From NCBI GenBank assembly GCA_017501225.1, contig JAFVXH010000006.1, positions 882 to 64,881 on the forward strand: DNA of 64,000 nt. The letters run 5' to 3'. A program made the translations under genes and the position numbers. The notes beneath the pieces were generated by a model. That model had not been told where the DNA came from and searched no databases. It was given only the letters and a program-made list of their open reading frames with translations. Below, piece after piece: positions 17,884 through 28,000 of this stretch. The stretch comes from Clostridia bacterium. GTDB taxonomy: Bacteria; Bacillota; Clostridia; Oscillospirales; CAG-272. Every line of letters starts with the position of its first letter. Position 1 is the first letter of the stretch.

Positions 17884-18513
17884 ATGAACGTTTTGGATAG
17901 ACTTGCCCGTGCGGGTGTCGTTCCCGTAGTGGTTCTGGATGATGCAAAGAACGCGGTTGCCACGGCAAACGCGATGCTTGCCGGCGGTGTGGACGTCATG
18001 GAGATCACCTTCCGTACGGCTGCCGCTCCCGAGAGCATTCGCCTCGTGGCAGAGCAGTGCCCCGACATGCTCGTGGGTGCCGGTACCGTTCTCAATCTCG
18101 AGCAGTGCAAGCTCGCGCTGGAAATGGGCGCGAAATTCATCGTTTCCCCCGGCTTTGATGCCGAGGTGGTTGCGTACTGCGTTGAGAACGGCATCACAGT
18201 CGCTCCCGGCTGCGTGACTCCCACCGAGATCATGGCAGCGATCAAATTGGGACTGAACGTCGTTAAATTCTTCCCCGCAAACGTCTACGGGGGCCTTAAC
18301 GCAATGAAGAATCTGGCGGCTCCCTTCGGACAGATCAAGTTCATGCCCACGGGCGGCGTGAACACCGCCAACATCCGTGAGTACATCGACGCACCGTTCA
18401 TTCACGCAGTCGGCGGCTCCTGGGTATGCCCCAAGGCAGAGATCGCACAAGGAAATTTTGAAAAAATTACCGCTCTGTGTGCAGAGGCACGCAAGGCAGC
18501 TTTCGGTGAATAA
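17884..18513 (+). CDS. eda: KDPG/KHG aldolase
   Basis: MEITFRT, VGAGTV, FIVSPG, KFFPA, MPTGGV, GGSW. Confidence 0.95.
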   Translation: MNVLDRLARAGVVPVVVLDDAKNAVATANAMLAGGVDVMEITFRTAAAPESIRLVAEQCPDMLVGAGTVLNLEQCKLALEMGAKFIVSPGFDAEVVAYCVENGITVAPGCVTPTEIMAAIKLGLNVVKFFPANVYGGLNAMKNLAAPFGQIKFMPTGGVNTANIREYIDAPFIHAVGGSWVCPKAEIAQGNFEKITALCAEARKAAFGE

Positions 18514-18525
18514 GGAGGAAGGATC

Positions 18526-19554
18526 ATGGCAAAGGTTGTTACATTCGGAGAATTGATGCTGCGTCTGCAGCCCTATAACTATGAGAGATTCGTGCAATGC
18601 GACCACGTCGAATTCACCTTCGGCGGAGGCGAGGCAAACGTAGCGGTTTCTCTTGCAAACTACGGAATTGATGCGGCGTACGTCACAAAGCTTCCCACCC
18701 ACGCGATCGGTCAGGCGGCTGTCAACAGCCTGCGCCGCTACGGCGTGGATACCACGAAGATCGTCCGTGGCGGCGACCGTGTCGGCATTTACTTCAACGA
18801 GAAGGGTGCTTCTCAGCGCGGAAGCGTTTGCATCTACGACAGAGCAAACTCCGCGATCGCAAGGGCAAACGTAGAGGACTTCGATTGGGAGAGCATCTTC
18901 GAGGGTGCCGAGTGGTTCCACTTCACCGGCATCACGCCCGCTCTGGGCGGAAATCTGGTTGAGATCTGCAAGCAGGCTTGCCGTGCGGCAAAGGCTCGCG
19001 GCATTAAGATCTCCTGCGACCTCAACTACCGCGGAAAGCTCTGGACCAGAGCCGAGGCACGCGAGGCAATGACCGAGCTCTGCCAGTACGTGGACGTTTG
19101 CATCTCCAACGAGGAGGACGCGAAGGACGTATTCGGAATTGAGGCAGAGGCAACCGATATTTACGCAGGCTCTCTCAACCACGAAGGTTATAAGTCCGTC
19201 GCAAAGCAGCTTGCCGACAAGTTCGGCTTTGAGAAGGTTGCGATCACCCTTCGTGAGAGCCATTCCGCCTTCGACAACGGCTGGAGCGCAATGCTCTATG
19301 ACGTGGCAAGCGGCGAGTTCTGCTTCTCCAAGAAGTACGAGCTTCACATCATTGACCGCGTTGGCGGCGGCGACAGCTTCGGCGGCGGCTTGATCTACTC
19401 GCTCCTTTCGGGCAAGTCCACGCAGGCTGCAGTCGAGTTTGCGGTTGCGGCTTCCGCGCTGAAGCACTCCATTGAGGGCGACTATAACATGGTTACGGTT
19501 GCCGAGGTAGAGAAGCTTGCGGGCGGTGACGGCTCCGGCAGAATTCAGAGATAA
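18526..19554 (+). CDS. kdgK: 2-dehydro-3-deoxygluconokinase (PfkB family)
   Basis: FGELMLRL, GGGEANVA, DLNYRGKLW, DRVGGGDSF. Confidence 0.93.
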   Translation: MAKVVTFGELMLRLQPYNYERFVQCDHVEFTFGGGEANVAVSLANYGIDAAYVTKLPTHAIGQAAVNSLRRYGVDTTKIVRGGDRVGIYFNEKGASQRGSVCIYDRANSAIARANVEDFDWESIFEGAEWFHFTGITPALGGNLVEICKQACRAAKARGIKISCDLNYRGKLWTRAEAREAMTELCQYVDVCISNEEDAKDVFGIEAEATDIYAGSLNHEGYKSVAKQLADKFGFEKVAITLRESHSAFDNGWSAMLYDVASGEFCFSKKYELHIIDRVGGGDSFGGGLIYSLLSGKSTQAAVEFAVAASALKHSIEGDYNMVTVAEVEKLAGGDGSGRIQR

Positions 19555-19643
19555 GACCGATCAAACACAGCAAAACCCAATCCCCGTGACTTTTCAAACG
19601 CGAACCCAAACATAAAAATTTAGAGTAGTAAGGAATTTTTGAA

Positions 19644-21092
19644 ATGGATAACAATTTGAAAAGCCAAAACGGAAAAAGACCGTTTGGTATCCGCGACAGT
19701 ATCGCTTATGCCGCAGGTGACCTTGGTTGCAATATGAGCTTTGCACTGAAGGGTACGATGGCATTATTCTGGACCCAGGTGATGGGACTCGGACTGTATT
19801 ATTCACTGCTTTTGGTGATCGTACAGATCTGGGATGCCATCAACGACCCTTTGATCGGCTCGATCATCGACGCCGACAGACGTCAGTATCGCAGAAATAA
19901 GTTTCTGTCCTACATTTGGTTCGGTTCAATCGGACTGATCGTAGGCGGCGCACTCTGTTTTTTGCCTTTCCCCGGTCTTGAGAACTGGGCGAAGATCATT
20001 ATCTTCATTTGCGGTTACGTGATCTGGGATGCGTTCTATACCATCGCCAACGTTCCGTACGGCTCTCTTCTGTCCCTGATCTCCAACGATCCCGCGGACA
20101 GAGCCTCTCTTTCCGCATGGCGCTCGATCGGCTCCATGATCGGCAACATGCTCCCCATGGTTATTTTGCCCTTTATCATTTACAACAAAGACGATAGCCT
20201 GAACGGCGGACGCGTGTTCCTGGCAGCGCTGATCATGGGCGTGCTTGGATTTATCTGCTTCCAGTTTATGATCCGTAACACCGAGGTCCGTGTGGATACC
20301 GAGGTCAAGCTCAACGAGGATCAGCCCAAGTTCAACGTCTTTACGGCACTCTGGAACTTCGTCAGAAACCGTCCCGCAGTCGGCGCAACGCTTGCCGCGA
20401 TGGGTATGTTCATCGGTATGCAGGGTGCTGCCACCGCCGTTTCCGTCGTGTTCCAGATCTATTTCCAGAACGCGAAGATCTCCGGTGTCGTGCAGCTTTT
20501 TGCGATGATCCCGATCCTGTTATTTACTCCTCTTGCCCGCAAGATGGTTACCAAGTACGGTAAGAAGGAGCTCTCCGTGGTTGGCGCGATCTGCTCCATC
20601 GTCGGAGGTCTCGGCCTGTTCATTATGACTCCCAGCAATACCACGCTCGACCTTGTCATCTACATCATCTGCCAGCTGATCTACAGCTTGGGCCTTGGTG
20701 TTTACTCCACGGTTTCCTGGGCAATGATGGGGGATGCGATCGACTACAACGAGTGGAAGACCGGCAAGCGCGAGGAGGGTATCGTTTATTCCATGCACTC
20801 TTTCTTCCGTAAGCTGGCACAGGGCATCGGTCCTGCCGTAGCGCTTGTGATCATGAACGCGATGGGCTACGTCAACAACGCAAAGCCCGACGCTGCAGGC
20901 AATTTCACCGAGATCGACGTCACGCTCCTTTCCTTTGACGTTGCGATCAATCTGCGCCTGCTGGTTGCGATCCTGTTCCTGGTATCGGCGCTGATGCAGT
21001 TTATCGGTCTTGCACTGGTTTACAACCTTGACAAAAAGACGCTGGCACAAATGAACCGCGAGCTTGGCCGCGACGTAACTCCTGCCGAGTAA
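19644..21092 (+). CDS. MFS glycoside-pentoside-hexuronide:cation symporter (probable glucuronide permease)
   Basis: YAAGDLG, WDAINDPLIGSIID, NVPYGSL, DAIDYNEWKTGKREEG; 12 TM. Confidence 0.9.
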   Translation: MDNNLKSQNGKRPFGIRDSIAYAAGDLGCNMSFALKGTMALFWTQVMGLGLYYSLLLVIVQIWDAINDPLIGSIIDADRRQYRRNKFLSYIWFGSIGLIVGGALCFLPFPGLENWAKIIIFICGYVIWDAFYTIANVPYGSLLSLISNDPADRASLSAWRSIGSMIGNMLPMVILPFIIYNKDDSLNGGRVFLAALIMGVLGFICFQFMIRNTEVRVDTEVKLNEDQPKFNVFTALWNFVRNRPAVGATLAAMGMFIGMQGAATAVSVVFQIYFQNAKISGVVQLFAMIPILLFTPLARKMVTKYGKKELSVVGAICSIVGGLGLFIMTPSNTTLDLVIYIICQLIYSLGLGVYSTVSWAMMGDAIDYNEWKTGKREEGIVYSMHSFFRKLAQGIGPAVALVIMNAMGYVNNAKPDAAGNFTEIDVTLLSFDVAINLRLLVAILFLVSALMQFIGLALVYNLDKKTLAQMNRELGRDVTPAE

Positions 21093-21108
21093 GAAAAAGA
21101 GGTATCAA

Positions 21109-23475
21109 ATGAGAACGATTTTAAACTTAAACCAAAATTGGCGCTTTGCAAAGGGCGCTGCAGAATTTCCGAGTGTCCGCCCCACCGAGTGGGAGGACGT
21201 GACGCTCCCGCATTCCTGGAATGCGGTGGACGGACAGGATGGCGGTAACGATTACTACCGCGGCACCTGCGTCTACACCCGCGCGCTGGACAAGGCAGAG
21301 CTTGCCGAGGGTCAGCGTCATTTCCTGGAGATCAACGGCGCGAACTCCACCTCCTGGGTCTATCTCAACGGGGAGCAGCTCGCACGCCACGACGGTGGAT
21401 ATTCCACCTATCGCGTAGACCTGACCGACAAGCTCCTGGATACCAATGAGCTTGCCATTGTCGTGGACAACTCTCCCAATCAGGAGGTCTACCCCCAGAT
21501 GGCAGACTTCACCTTCTACGGAGGACTTTACCGCAACGTCAACCTGATCTCCGTGCCCGCGACGCACTTTGATCTGACCTATTTCGGCGGCAGCGGCATT
21601 CAGGTCACTCCCGTGGTCGAAGGCAAGGATGCCAAGGTCACGGTAAAGACCTACCTGACCGATTTTGCAGAAGGGGATCAGATCCGTTACACGGTTCTGG
21701 ACGCGGACGGAAATACCGTTTGTCAGGAAACGACCGCAGAGGCTGTTTGCGACTTCACCCTGACCGACGTCACCCTCTGGAACGGAAAGAAGAATCCTTA
21801 TCTGTACCGCGCCGTCGCAACGATCTTGCGCGGTGAGGAGGAGCTGGATTCGGTCAGCGCACGCTTCGGCTGCCGCAGCTACGAGATCGATCCTGCGCGC
21901 GGATTTATCCTCAACGGTGAGGAATATCCTCTGCGCGGCGTTGCGCGCCATCAGGACAGATGGGGCTTTGGTAACGCATTGCTTCCCGAGCATCACAGAG
22001 AGGATATTGAGCTGATCTGCGAGGTCGGTGCTACCACCATCCGTCTTGCGCACTATCAGCACGATCAGTATTTCTACGATCTTTGCGATGAAAAGGGCCT
22101 TGTCATCTGGGCGGAGATCCCCTATATCTCCAAGCACATGCCCGGCGGACGTGAGAATACTATCAGCCAGATGAAGGAGCTGATCGTACAGAATTACAAC
22201 CACCCCTGTATCGTCGTTTGGGGACTCTCCAACGAGATTACCATGAACGGCGCCAAGGATCCCGATCTTCTGGACAACCACCGTGTTCTCAATGCGCTGG
22301 TCCACGAGATGGATAAGACGCGTAAGACCACGATGGCGGTCGTTTCGATGTGCGGCATGGACGAGGAGGAATATCTCACCATTCCCGATGCGGTTTCCTA
22401 CAACCACTACTTCGGTTGGTACGGTGGAGAGACCTCTATGAACGGTCCTTGGTTTGATAAGTTCCACGCAAAATATCCCAATATTCCGATCGGTTGCTCC
22501 GAGTACGGCTGCGAGGCGCTCAACTGGCATACCTCCAATCCCATGCAGGGTGACTATACAGAGGAATATCAGGCGTACTATCACGAGGAGCTGATCAAGC
22601 AGCTCTTCAGCCGCAAGTATATGTGGGCGACGCATGTCTGGAATATGTTCGACTTCGGTGCGGACGCACGCGCTGAGGGCGGCGAGAACGGACAGAACCA
22701 CAAGGGTCTTGTGACCTTTGACCGCTCCTACAAGAAGGACGCCTTCTACGCATACAAGGCTTGGCTTTCGGACGATCCCTTCGTGCACATCTGCGGAAAG
22801 CGTTACGTTGATCGCGTCGAGGATGTCACCAAGGTAACGGTATATTCCAATCTTCCCACGGTTGAGCTGTTCGCAAACGGCGAAAGCCTTGGCGTCAAGG
22901 AAGCTCCCGACCACTTCTTCTATTTCGACGTACCCAACGCAGGCGTGACTGCGCTGCGTGCGGTTGCGGGCGAGTGTGAGGATACGAGCGAGATCCGCAA
23001 GGTGGAAACCTTCAACGAGGCATACCGCTTAGTAGAGAAGGGCGCCATCCTGAACTGGTTCGACATTACGGCACCGGAAGGACGCCTGTCACTCAACAGC
23101 AAGATGGGCGAGATCATGAAAACGCTTCGCGGAAAGCTGATCCTGATGGGTCTGTTCAAGAAGCTCATGGGCGGCGCAAAGGGCGGCGCAAAGGCGGCAG
23201 GATTTGAGATCAACGAAAACATGATGCAGATGATGGAGGGCTTTACGCTTCTCCGCATGACCTCCTTGGTAGGTATGATGGACGTCACCTTTACCAAAGA
23301 GGAGCTGCTGGAGCTTAATGCAAAGCTCAACAAGATCAAGGCTCCTGCAAAGGATGGCGGCAAGGAAAAGAGCAAGCTGTTTGCAAAGATTCCGCCGTTG
23401 TACGCTTGGCTGACAGTCGGCGGCTTGGCGGCGGCTGTGCTGATCCTCCAGATCATTCTCATCGCCAACACTTAA
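21109..23475 (+). CDS. GH2 beta-glucuronidase (FMN-binding-class-like) with C-terminal hydrophobic tail
   Basis: RLAHYQH, WGLSNEI (acid/base), YNHYFGWY, CSEYG (nucleophile), NHKG (GUS NxKG motif); located in a hexuronate catabolic operon. Confidence 0.85.
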   Translation: MRTILNLNQNWRFAKGAAEFPSVRPTEWEDVTLPHSWNAVDGQDGGNDYYRGTCVYTRALDKAELAEGQRHFLEINGANSTSWVYLNGEQLARHDGGYSTYRVDLTDKLLDTNELAIVVDNSPNQEVYPQMADFTFYGGLYRNVNLISVPATHFDLTYFGGSGIQVTPVVEGKDAKVTVKTYLTDFAEGDQIRYTVLDADGNTVCQETTAEAVCDFTLTDVTLWNGKKNPYLYRAVATILRGEEELDSVSARFGCRSYEIDPARGFILNGEEYPLRGVARHQDRWGFGNALLPEHHREDIELICEVGATTIRLAHYQHDQYFYDLCDEKGLVIWAEIPYISKHMPGGRENTISQMKELIVQNYNHPCIVVWGLSNEITMNGAKDPDLLDNHRVLNALVHEMDKTRKTTMAVVSMCGMDEEEYLTIPDAVSYNHYFGWYGGETSMNGPWFDKFHAKYPNIPIGCSEYGCEALNWHTSNPMQGDYTEEYQAYYHEELIKQLFSRKYMWATHVWNMFDFGADARAEGGENGQNHKGLVTFDRSYKKDAFYAYKAWLSDDPFVHICGKRYVDRVEDVTKVTVYSNLPTVELFANGESLGVKEAPDHFFYFDVPNAGVTALRAVAGECEDTSEIRKVETFNEAYRLVEKGAILNWFDITAPEGRLSLNSKMGEIMKTLRGKLILMGLFKKLMGGAKGGAKAAGFEINENMMQMMEGFTLLRMTSLVGMMDVTFTKEELLELNAKLNKIKAPAKDGGKEKSKLFAKIPPLYAWLTVGGLAAAVLILQIILIANT

Positions 23476-23642
23476 ACAAGGAAACAACGTTCTACGTACG
23501 GGCGAGCCGTTATCGGCTCGCCCGTACCGTTTTTTCGGAGCGTCCCGCTTTTTTGCACGCTTTGCGAGCCAAAAAAGTTTTGGGGAATTTTGAAAAAAGT
23601 CTTGATTTTTACAATGGGATATGCTATAATAACTCCGTTGTC

Positions 23643-23729
23643 GCCGGTATGATGGAATTGGCAGACGTGCTGGACTCAAAATCCAGTGGTAGCGATACCG
23701 TGTCGGTTCGACCCCGACTACCGGCACCA
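23643..23729 (+). tRNA. tRNA-Leu(CAA)
   Basis: GCCGGTATGATGGAATTGGCAGACGTGCTGGACTCAAAATCCAGTGGTAGCGATACCGTGTCGGTTCGACCCCGACTACCGGCACCA; promoter TTGATT-17-TATAAT at 23602-23630; terminator 23729-23758. Confidence 0.98.
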
Positions 23730-23897
23730 AAAGCACTTGCAGATGCAAGTGCTTTTTTCTTTTTTCTATACCTTGATGAGGCATTTTCCATTGCAATGAT
23801 GCGAGCCGATGCTATCATTACCTTCAAGGTAGAATATCCATTATTGTTTTTCTTGCTTTTCTTTCGATTTTGTGGTATGATGAAATTGGTGATGACA

Positions 23898-24413
23898 ATG
23901 AAAGACAACAATGTAGGGGCGACCAGTGGTCGCCCGCAAAGAAAAAAGAACCGTTTGGAGCATTATGATTACAGCTCCTGTGGAGCATATTTTTTGACAA
24001 TCTGTACCGTGGATAGACGAAATTATTTCTGGGAAAAAGTTGGAGAGATGATAGATTGTCCGGAAGATGTTAAATTATCTCGATATGGCGACATTGTTAA
24101 TGAAGCAATTCAAAAGATCTCCTCTGTATATCCCGCATTATTGGTTGAAAATTATGTGATTATGCCAAATCATGTGCACTTGTTATTGAGGACTTGTGTC
24201 GATGAGTGCGGGCGACCACTGGTCGCCCCTACAATGTCACGGGTGGTGAATCAGTTGAAAGGATACGTTTCTAAACGAATAGGAAGCACGATTTGGCAGA
24301 AATCATTTCATGACCATATCATACGAAACATCAAGGATTATGAGGAACATATAAAATATATCTACGAAAATCCAATGCGCTGGTCTTATGATGAACTGTA
24401 TTCGGAGGAATAG
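23898..24413 (+). mobile_element. REP-associated tyrosine transposase (RAYT, IS200/Y1 HUH superfamily)
   Basis: RLEHYDYS..GAYFLTICT, YVIMPNHVHLL (HUH), WQKSFHDHIIR, YIYENP (catalytic Tyr). Confidence 0.92.
23912..24233. repeat. Perfect 27-bp inverted pair of GTAG-type REPs inside the RAYT ORF
   Basis: TGTAGGGGCGACCAGTGGTCGCCCGCA (23912-23938) and TGCGGGCGACCACTGGTCGCCCCTACA (24207-24233); each has a GGGCGACCA-n-TGGTCGCCC hairpin. Confidence 0.92.
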
Positions 24414-24455
24414 AAACAGAGAGTTTAGCATTGATTTTTTATAATAGATCGGAGA

Positions 24456-24920
24456 GTGAATGATATGAGATACGAGATGAGGAATTTGAATGAGGAAACG
24501 ATTCAAAGATTAATTGAATTGTCCCAAGCATGGGAGGCGGAAGCCTGTTCCTACGGCATCGTAGCAAACACTGCAGAGGATATTACGGAGCCGCTATGCG
24601 TTGCAATTGAAACCGATAAAATCATTGGATATATATTTGGACATTATTATGTTGTTGAGAACAAAACATCCTACATTGAAGTGGGGGAGAAATGTTTTAT
24701 GGTGGATGAACTATACGTGTTGCCCGAATACAGAAGTCAGGGCGTTGGACGGGAGCTTTTCAGGAAACTGGAGAACGAAGTCAAAGATTCTTGTGCGTAT
24801 ATCACCTTGAGTACCTCTACCAAAGATTATAAAAAGATTTTGCATTTTTATGTGGATGAGGTAGACATGGGATTTCATAGCGCGTTTTTAATTAAACCGA
24901 TGAATATTCCGCCCAATTAA
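24456..24920 (+). CDS. GNAT family N-acetyltransferase
   Basis: VDELYVLPEYRSQGVGRELF acetyl-CoA-binding motif A; HFY; start may be any of the ATGs near 24456-24477. Confidence 0.88.
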   Translation: MNDMRYEMRNLNEETIQRLIELSQAWEAEACSYGIVANTAEDITEPLCVAIETDKIIGYIFGHYYVVENKTSYIEVGEKCFMVDELYVLPEYRSQGVGRELFRKLENEVKDSCAYITLSTSTKDYKKILHFYVDEVDMGFHSAFLIKPMNIPPN

Positions 24921-25086
24921 ATAAAAAACAAAGGAACCCCGACCGAAAGCTGTCAGGGTTCCATTGTTTTACATGATACTACAAGTCCCCCTCTCCCTGA
25001 AAATGGAAGGGTGCGGCACTTGACTTTTCTTTCATAATATGGTACAATAAAATGAGAATTTTTTCAAAAGGGAGGAGGGGACCGAG

Positions 25087-28000
25087 ATGTCTTGGATGCA
25101 TGCGCCGACAAAGAAGATCGGGCTGTTTTTGCTTTGCGGAATTTTACTTCTCTCCTTCCTTTTACCAAGCGTGTTTGCAGAGCCGGAACGCGCTTCTGCA
25201 CTGGATTACGGCAATCCGCAGCTTGACAGCAACGTCAAGATAGCAGGCTCGGATCTTCTGAGCCGTCTGTACGGCATCACGCCCCTTGCGAGTGAGGCTA
25301 CCTACCTTGACGGGCAAAAGGAGCTTTCCTTCCTTTACAGCGATACCATTCCAAGGAGCATCGTTACCACGCATTATAACGGAGATGCGGGCACGCTGGA
25401 CGTCACACTCCCTGCGTATCAGTTTACCGCCAACAACGGCTTTTTGGTCATTTGGACTCCGATGCGTGCAACCATCGGGGAGGATACGAGGACGTTTGCG
25501 GTAGAAAACGGAATTTATCGCTGTCGGTTTGAAGGCCTCTTCCATACCCAGGATTACACCATGAACGTGGACTTTTCCTGGTCGGTGGAGATCCCTGCCG
25601 AGCAGGCAAAGCGATTGCTCAACGCCGCGTATTCGGCGGGCTCGATCGCGCTTTCGGAGCTTTCTGCCTACGAAGCCGAGCTTGCGACCTATCAGGCACA
25701 GCTGAAGGCGTATGAGGAGCATCAGGCCTATTTGCAGTGGTGCCGCGATTTTGAAGCGTTTGAGGCGGCGATGGAGGTCTATGAGCGCGAGAAGCAGGCA
25801 TACGACGCATACCGCACAGAATATGAAACGGTTTATCTTCCCGCTCTGGAGCGCTATCAGGCGTGGCGCGATTATTACGCTTACCTCAAATATGAGGCAG
25901 CTCTTGACGAGGGCAAATATCAGGCATATATGGCATATAAGGCGCAGGTGGATGAGGTCATCGCGGACCTTGCCGTGCTGGAATCTCTGTTTGTCAGGGA
26001 CAGCAACTACTGGACGTTTTACCCGAGCCTGATGGGGAACACCGTTACGCAGGTGGTAGAACAGAGAGAGCTGCTGCTGCTCGGCGGATGCGATCCCGTG
26101 CATATCGAGGGTGCCGCGAGCGCCACGGTAGCGCTTCGTGATTTGATGAGCGCGTACGCCGCTCTGCGTGATGCGACCTATGCCTCAGATCACGACAAAT
26201 ACACCGCGCTGTTCGCCTTTTATACCGCAAACTACGAAGCGTTGCGGGATAATTTCACCCTGCTTTACAGCTCGGTTTTTGCGATCTATCAGGTCACGGG
26301 TGTTGCGGAGGAGATGGACCGACTTGGCAGACTTGCACATTTCCAGCAGTTTGCGGGACAGCTCTACGTGACTACCACCACGCTTGACGATGCCAATCCC
26401 CGCACCGATAAGTGGAACATCAGTAAAAAATCCTTGGAAACCGTGGTCGAAGCGGTCAATATGGTTCCCGATGATAACCGCGCCAACCCTGCCACCTCCG
26501 GCGTTGCGATGCCAACGGTTGAGGTTGAGCGCGTAGAATACGTAAAGCCTATGCCTGAGCCGGATTTCCCGGATCCGGTCGAGGAGCCCGAGCCGCCGAC
26601 CGAGGTGCCTGAGCCCAAAGCACCGCAAACGGTGTCGAAGCCTCCCGAGATCGTAACCGAGGATATTGAGCATCCGGGTGACGCTCCAAGCGCGCCCTCC
26701 ATATCGACTGAGCTTCTCTCTGTCGTTGAGGACATTCGTGCAGGACGGCTTTCGGAGAGAGGCGATACGACTCTCCGTCCGCTGAGCTTTACCAAGACCG
26801 TTCCTTGCTCGGTATCGGTTCAGAATCTGATGCGCGTGACCTTCTTCGATCAGGACGGCACGACGGTTCTGGATGAGCAGCTTCTGGATTACGGCTCCCA
26901 GATCATATACCAAGGAAAATCCATTTCCTTCGTTCAGACCCCCGAGCGGGAATACCGATTCCTCGGCTGGATCGAGGCAGACGGCAGCTCTGCGGATCTG
27001 GACTCTGTGACGCGGCATATGACGCTGTACGCAAAATACGAGAGCAAGGATCGCTCCTATTGCGTGACGTGGTCGTTGGATGACCGCGCGCCTTACAGCG
27101 AGTATTACTTCTACGGACAGACACCGCGCTATCCCTTCCCGCTGGTGAAGGAATCTACCGACCGATACACCTACTCCTTCGGGGGCTGGGACAAGGAGAT
27201 CGCTCCCGTGACAGGTGACGTCACCTACTCGGGAAGCTTTCTTCCGACCGTCCGCCGCTACACTGTGACGTGGGAAATTGACGGTGTCGCCCATGAGAGC
27301 CTTTGCGAGCACGGAACCATTCCCGTCTATGGGGGAGAGAAGCCCTCCAAGGCGACCGATTCCTACCGCTATACCTTTACGGGCTGGCGCTCGGAGTTCG
27401 GGCAGCCCATCGGTACCGTGACGGGGGACGTGACCTACGAGGCGATCTTCTCCGCACTTCCGATCGCGACCGCAAAGGACGGAACGGTGTATGCCGTGAC
27501 GCAGACCGATACCACCGTCACCGTGCATGCGACGCTCCCCTCCGTGATGATCGGGGAGGCGGTCAAATTGGCAACGGAGCAGGGGAAGTCCCTGCAGATC
27601 GCGTGGGGAAATTGCACGCTTCTGCTGGATGCCGACGCTTTGTCGGCTCTGTCTGCCTCCTTCTGCCGCCGCATCGATCTGCGAGAGTCCGTCAAGGAGG
27701 GTGGCACACTGTTCTCGCTTCTGTACCTGACGAGCACGGGCAATTCGGCAGGATTTGCAACCAAAGCGACTTTGCGCCTTCATACCAAGGGCGCGGATGA
27801 TCTTGGAAATATTTTTTATCTGAAAACGGCTGACGGCGAGGAGCGGATTACGGCTTCCACGCTCTCTCTTGAAGGTGAGGTTGCGCTTTTGATGCGCCGA
27901 GGACGTCCGTTGCAGGCATCCCCCGTTGAAAAGTGCGATATTTCCGCATTGTATAAATACGCAGAGCCGGGAGAGCGCGTTTCCTTAAAGCTCCCTTGTG

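Noticed and set aside
17050-19467. 805-aa minus-strand ORF; likewise 11731-13425, 21127-22914, 26185-27783, 31773-33725 and 39869-42058
   Set aside because: All lie antisense to well-supported genes and have no RBS or domain signal.
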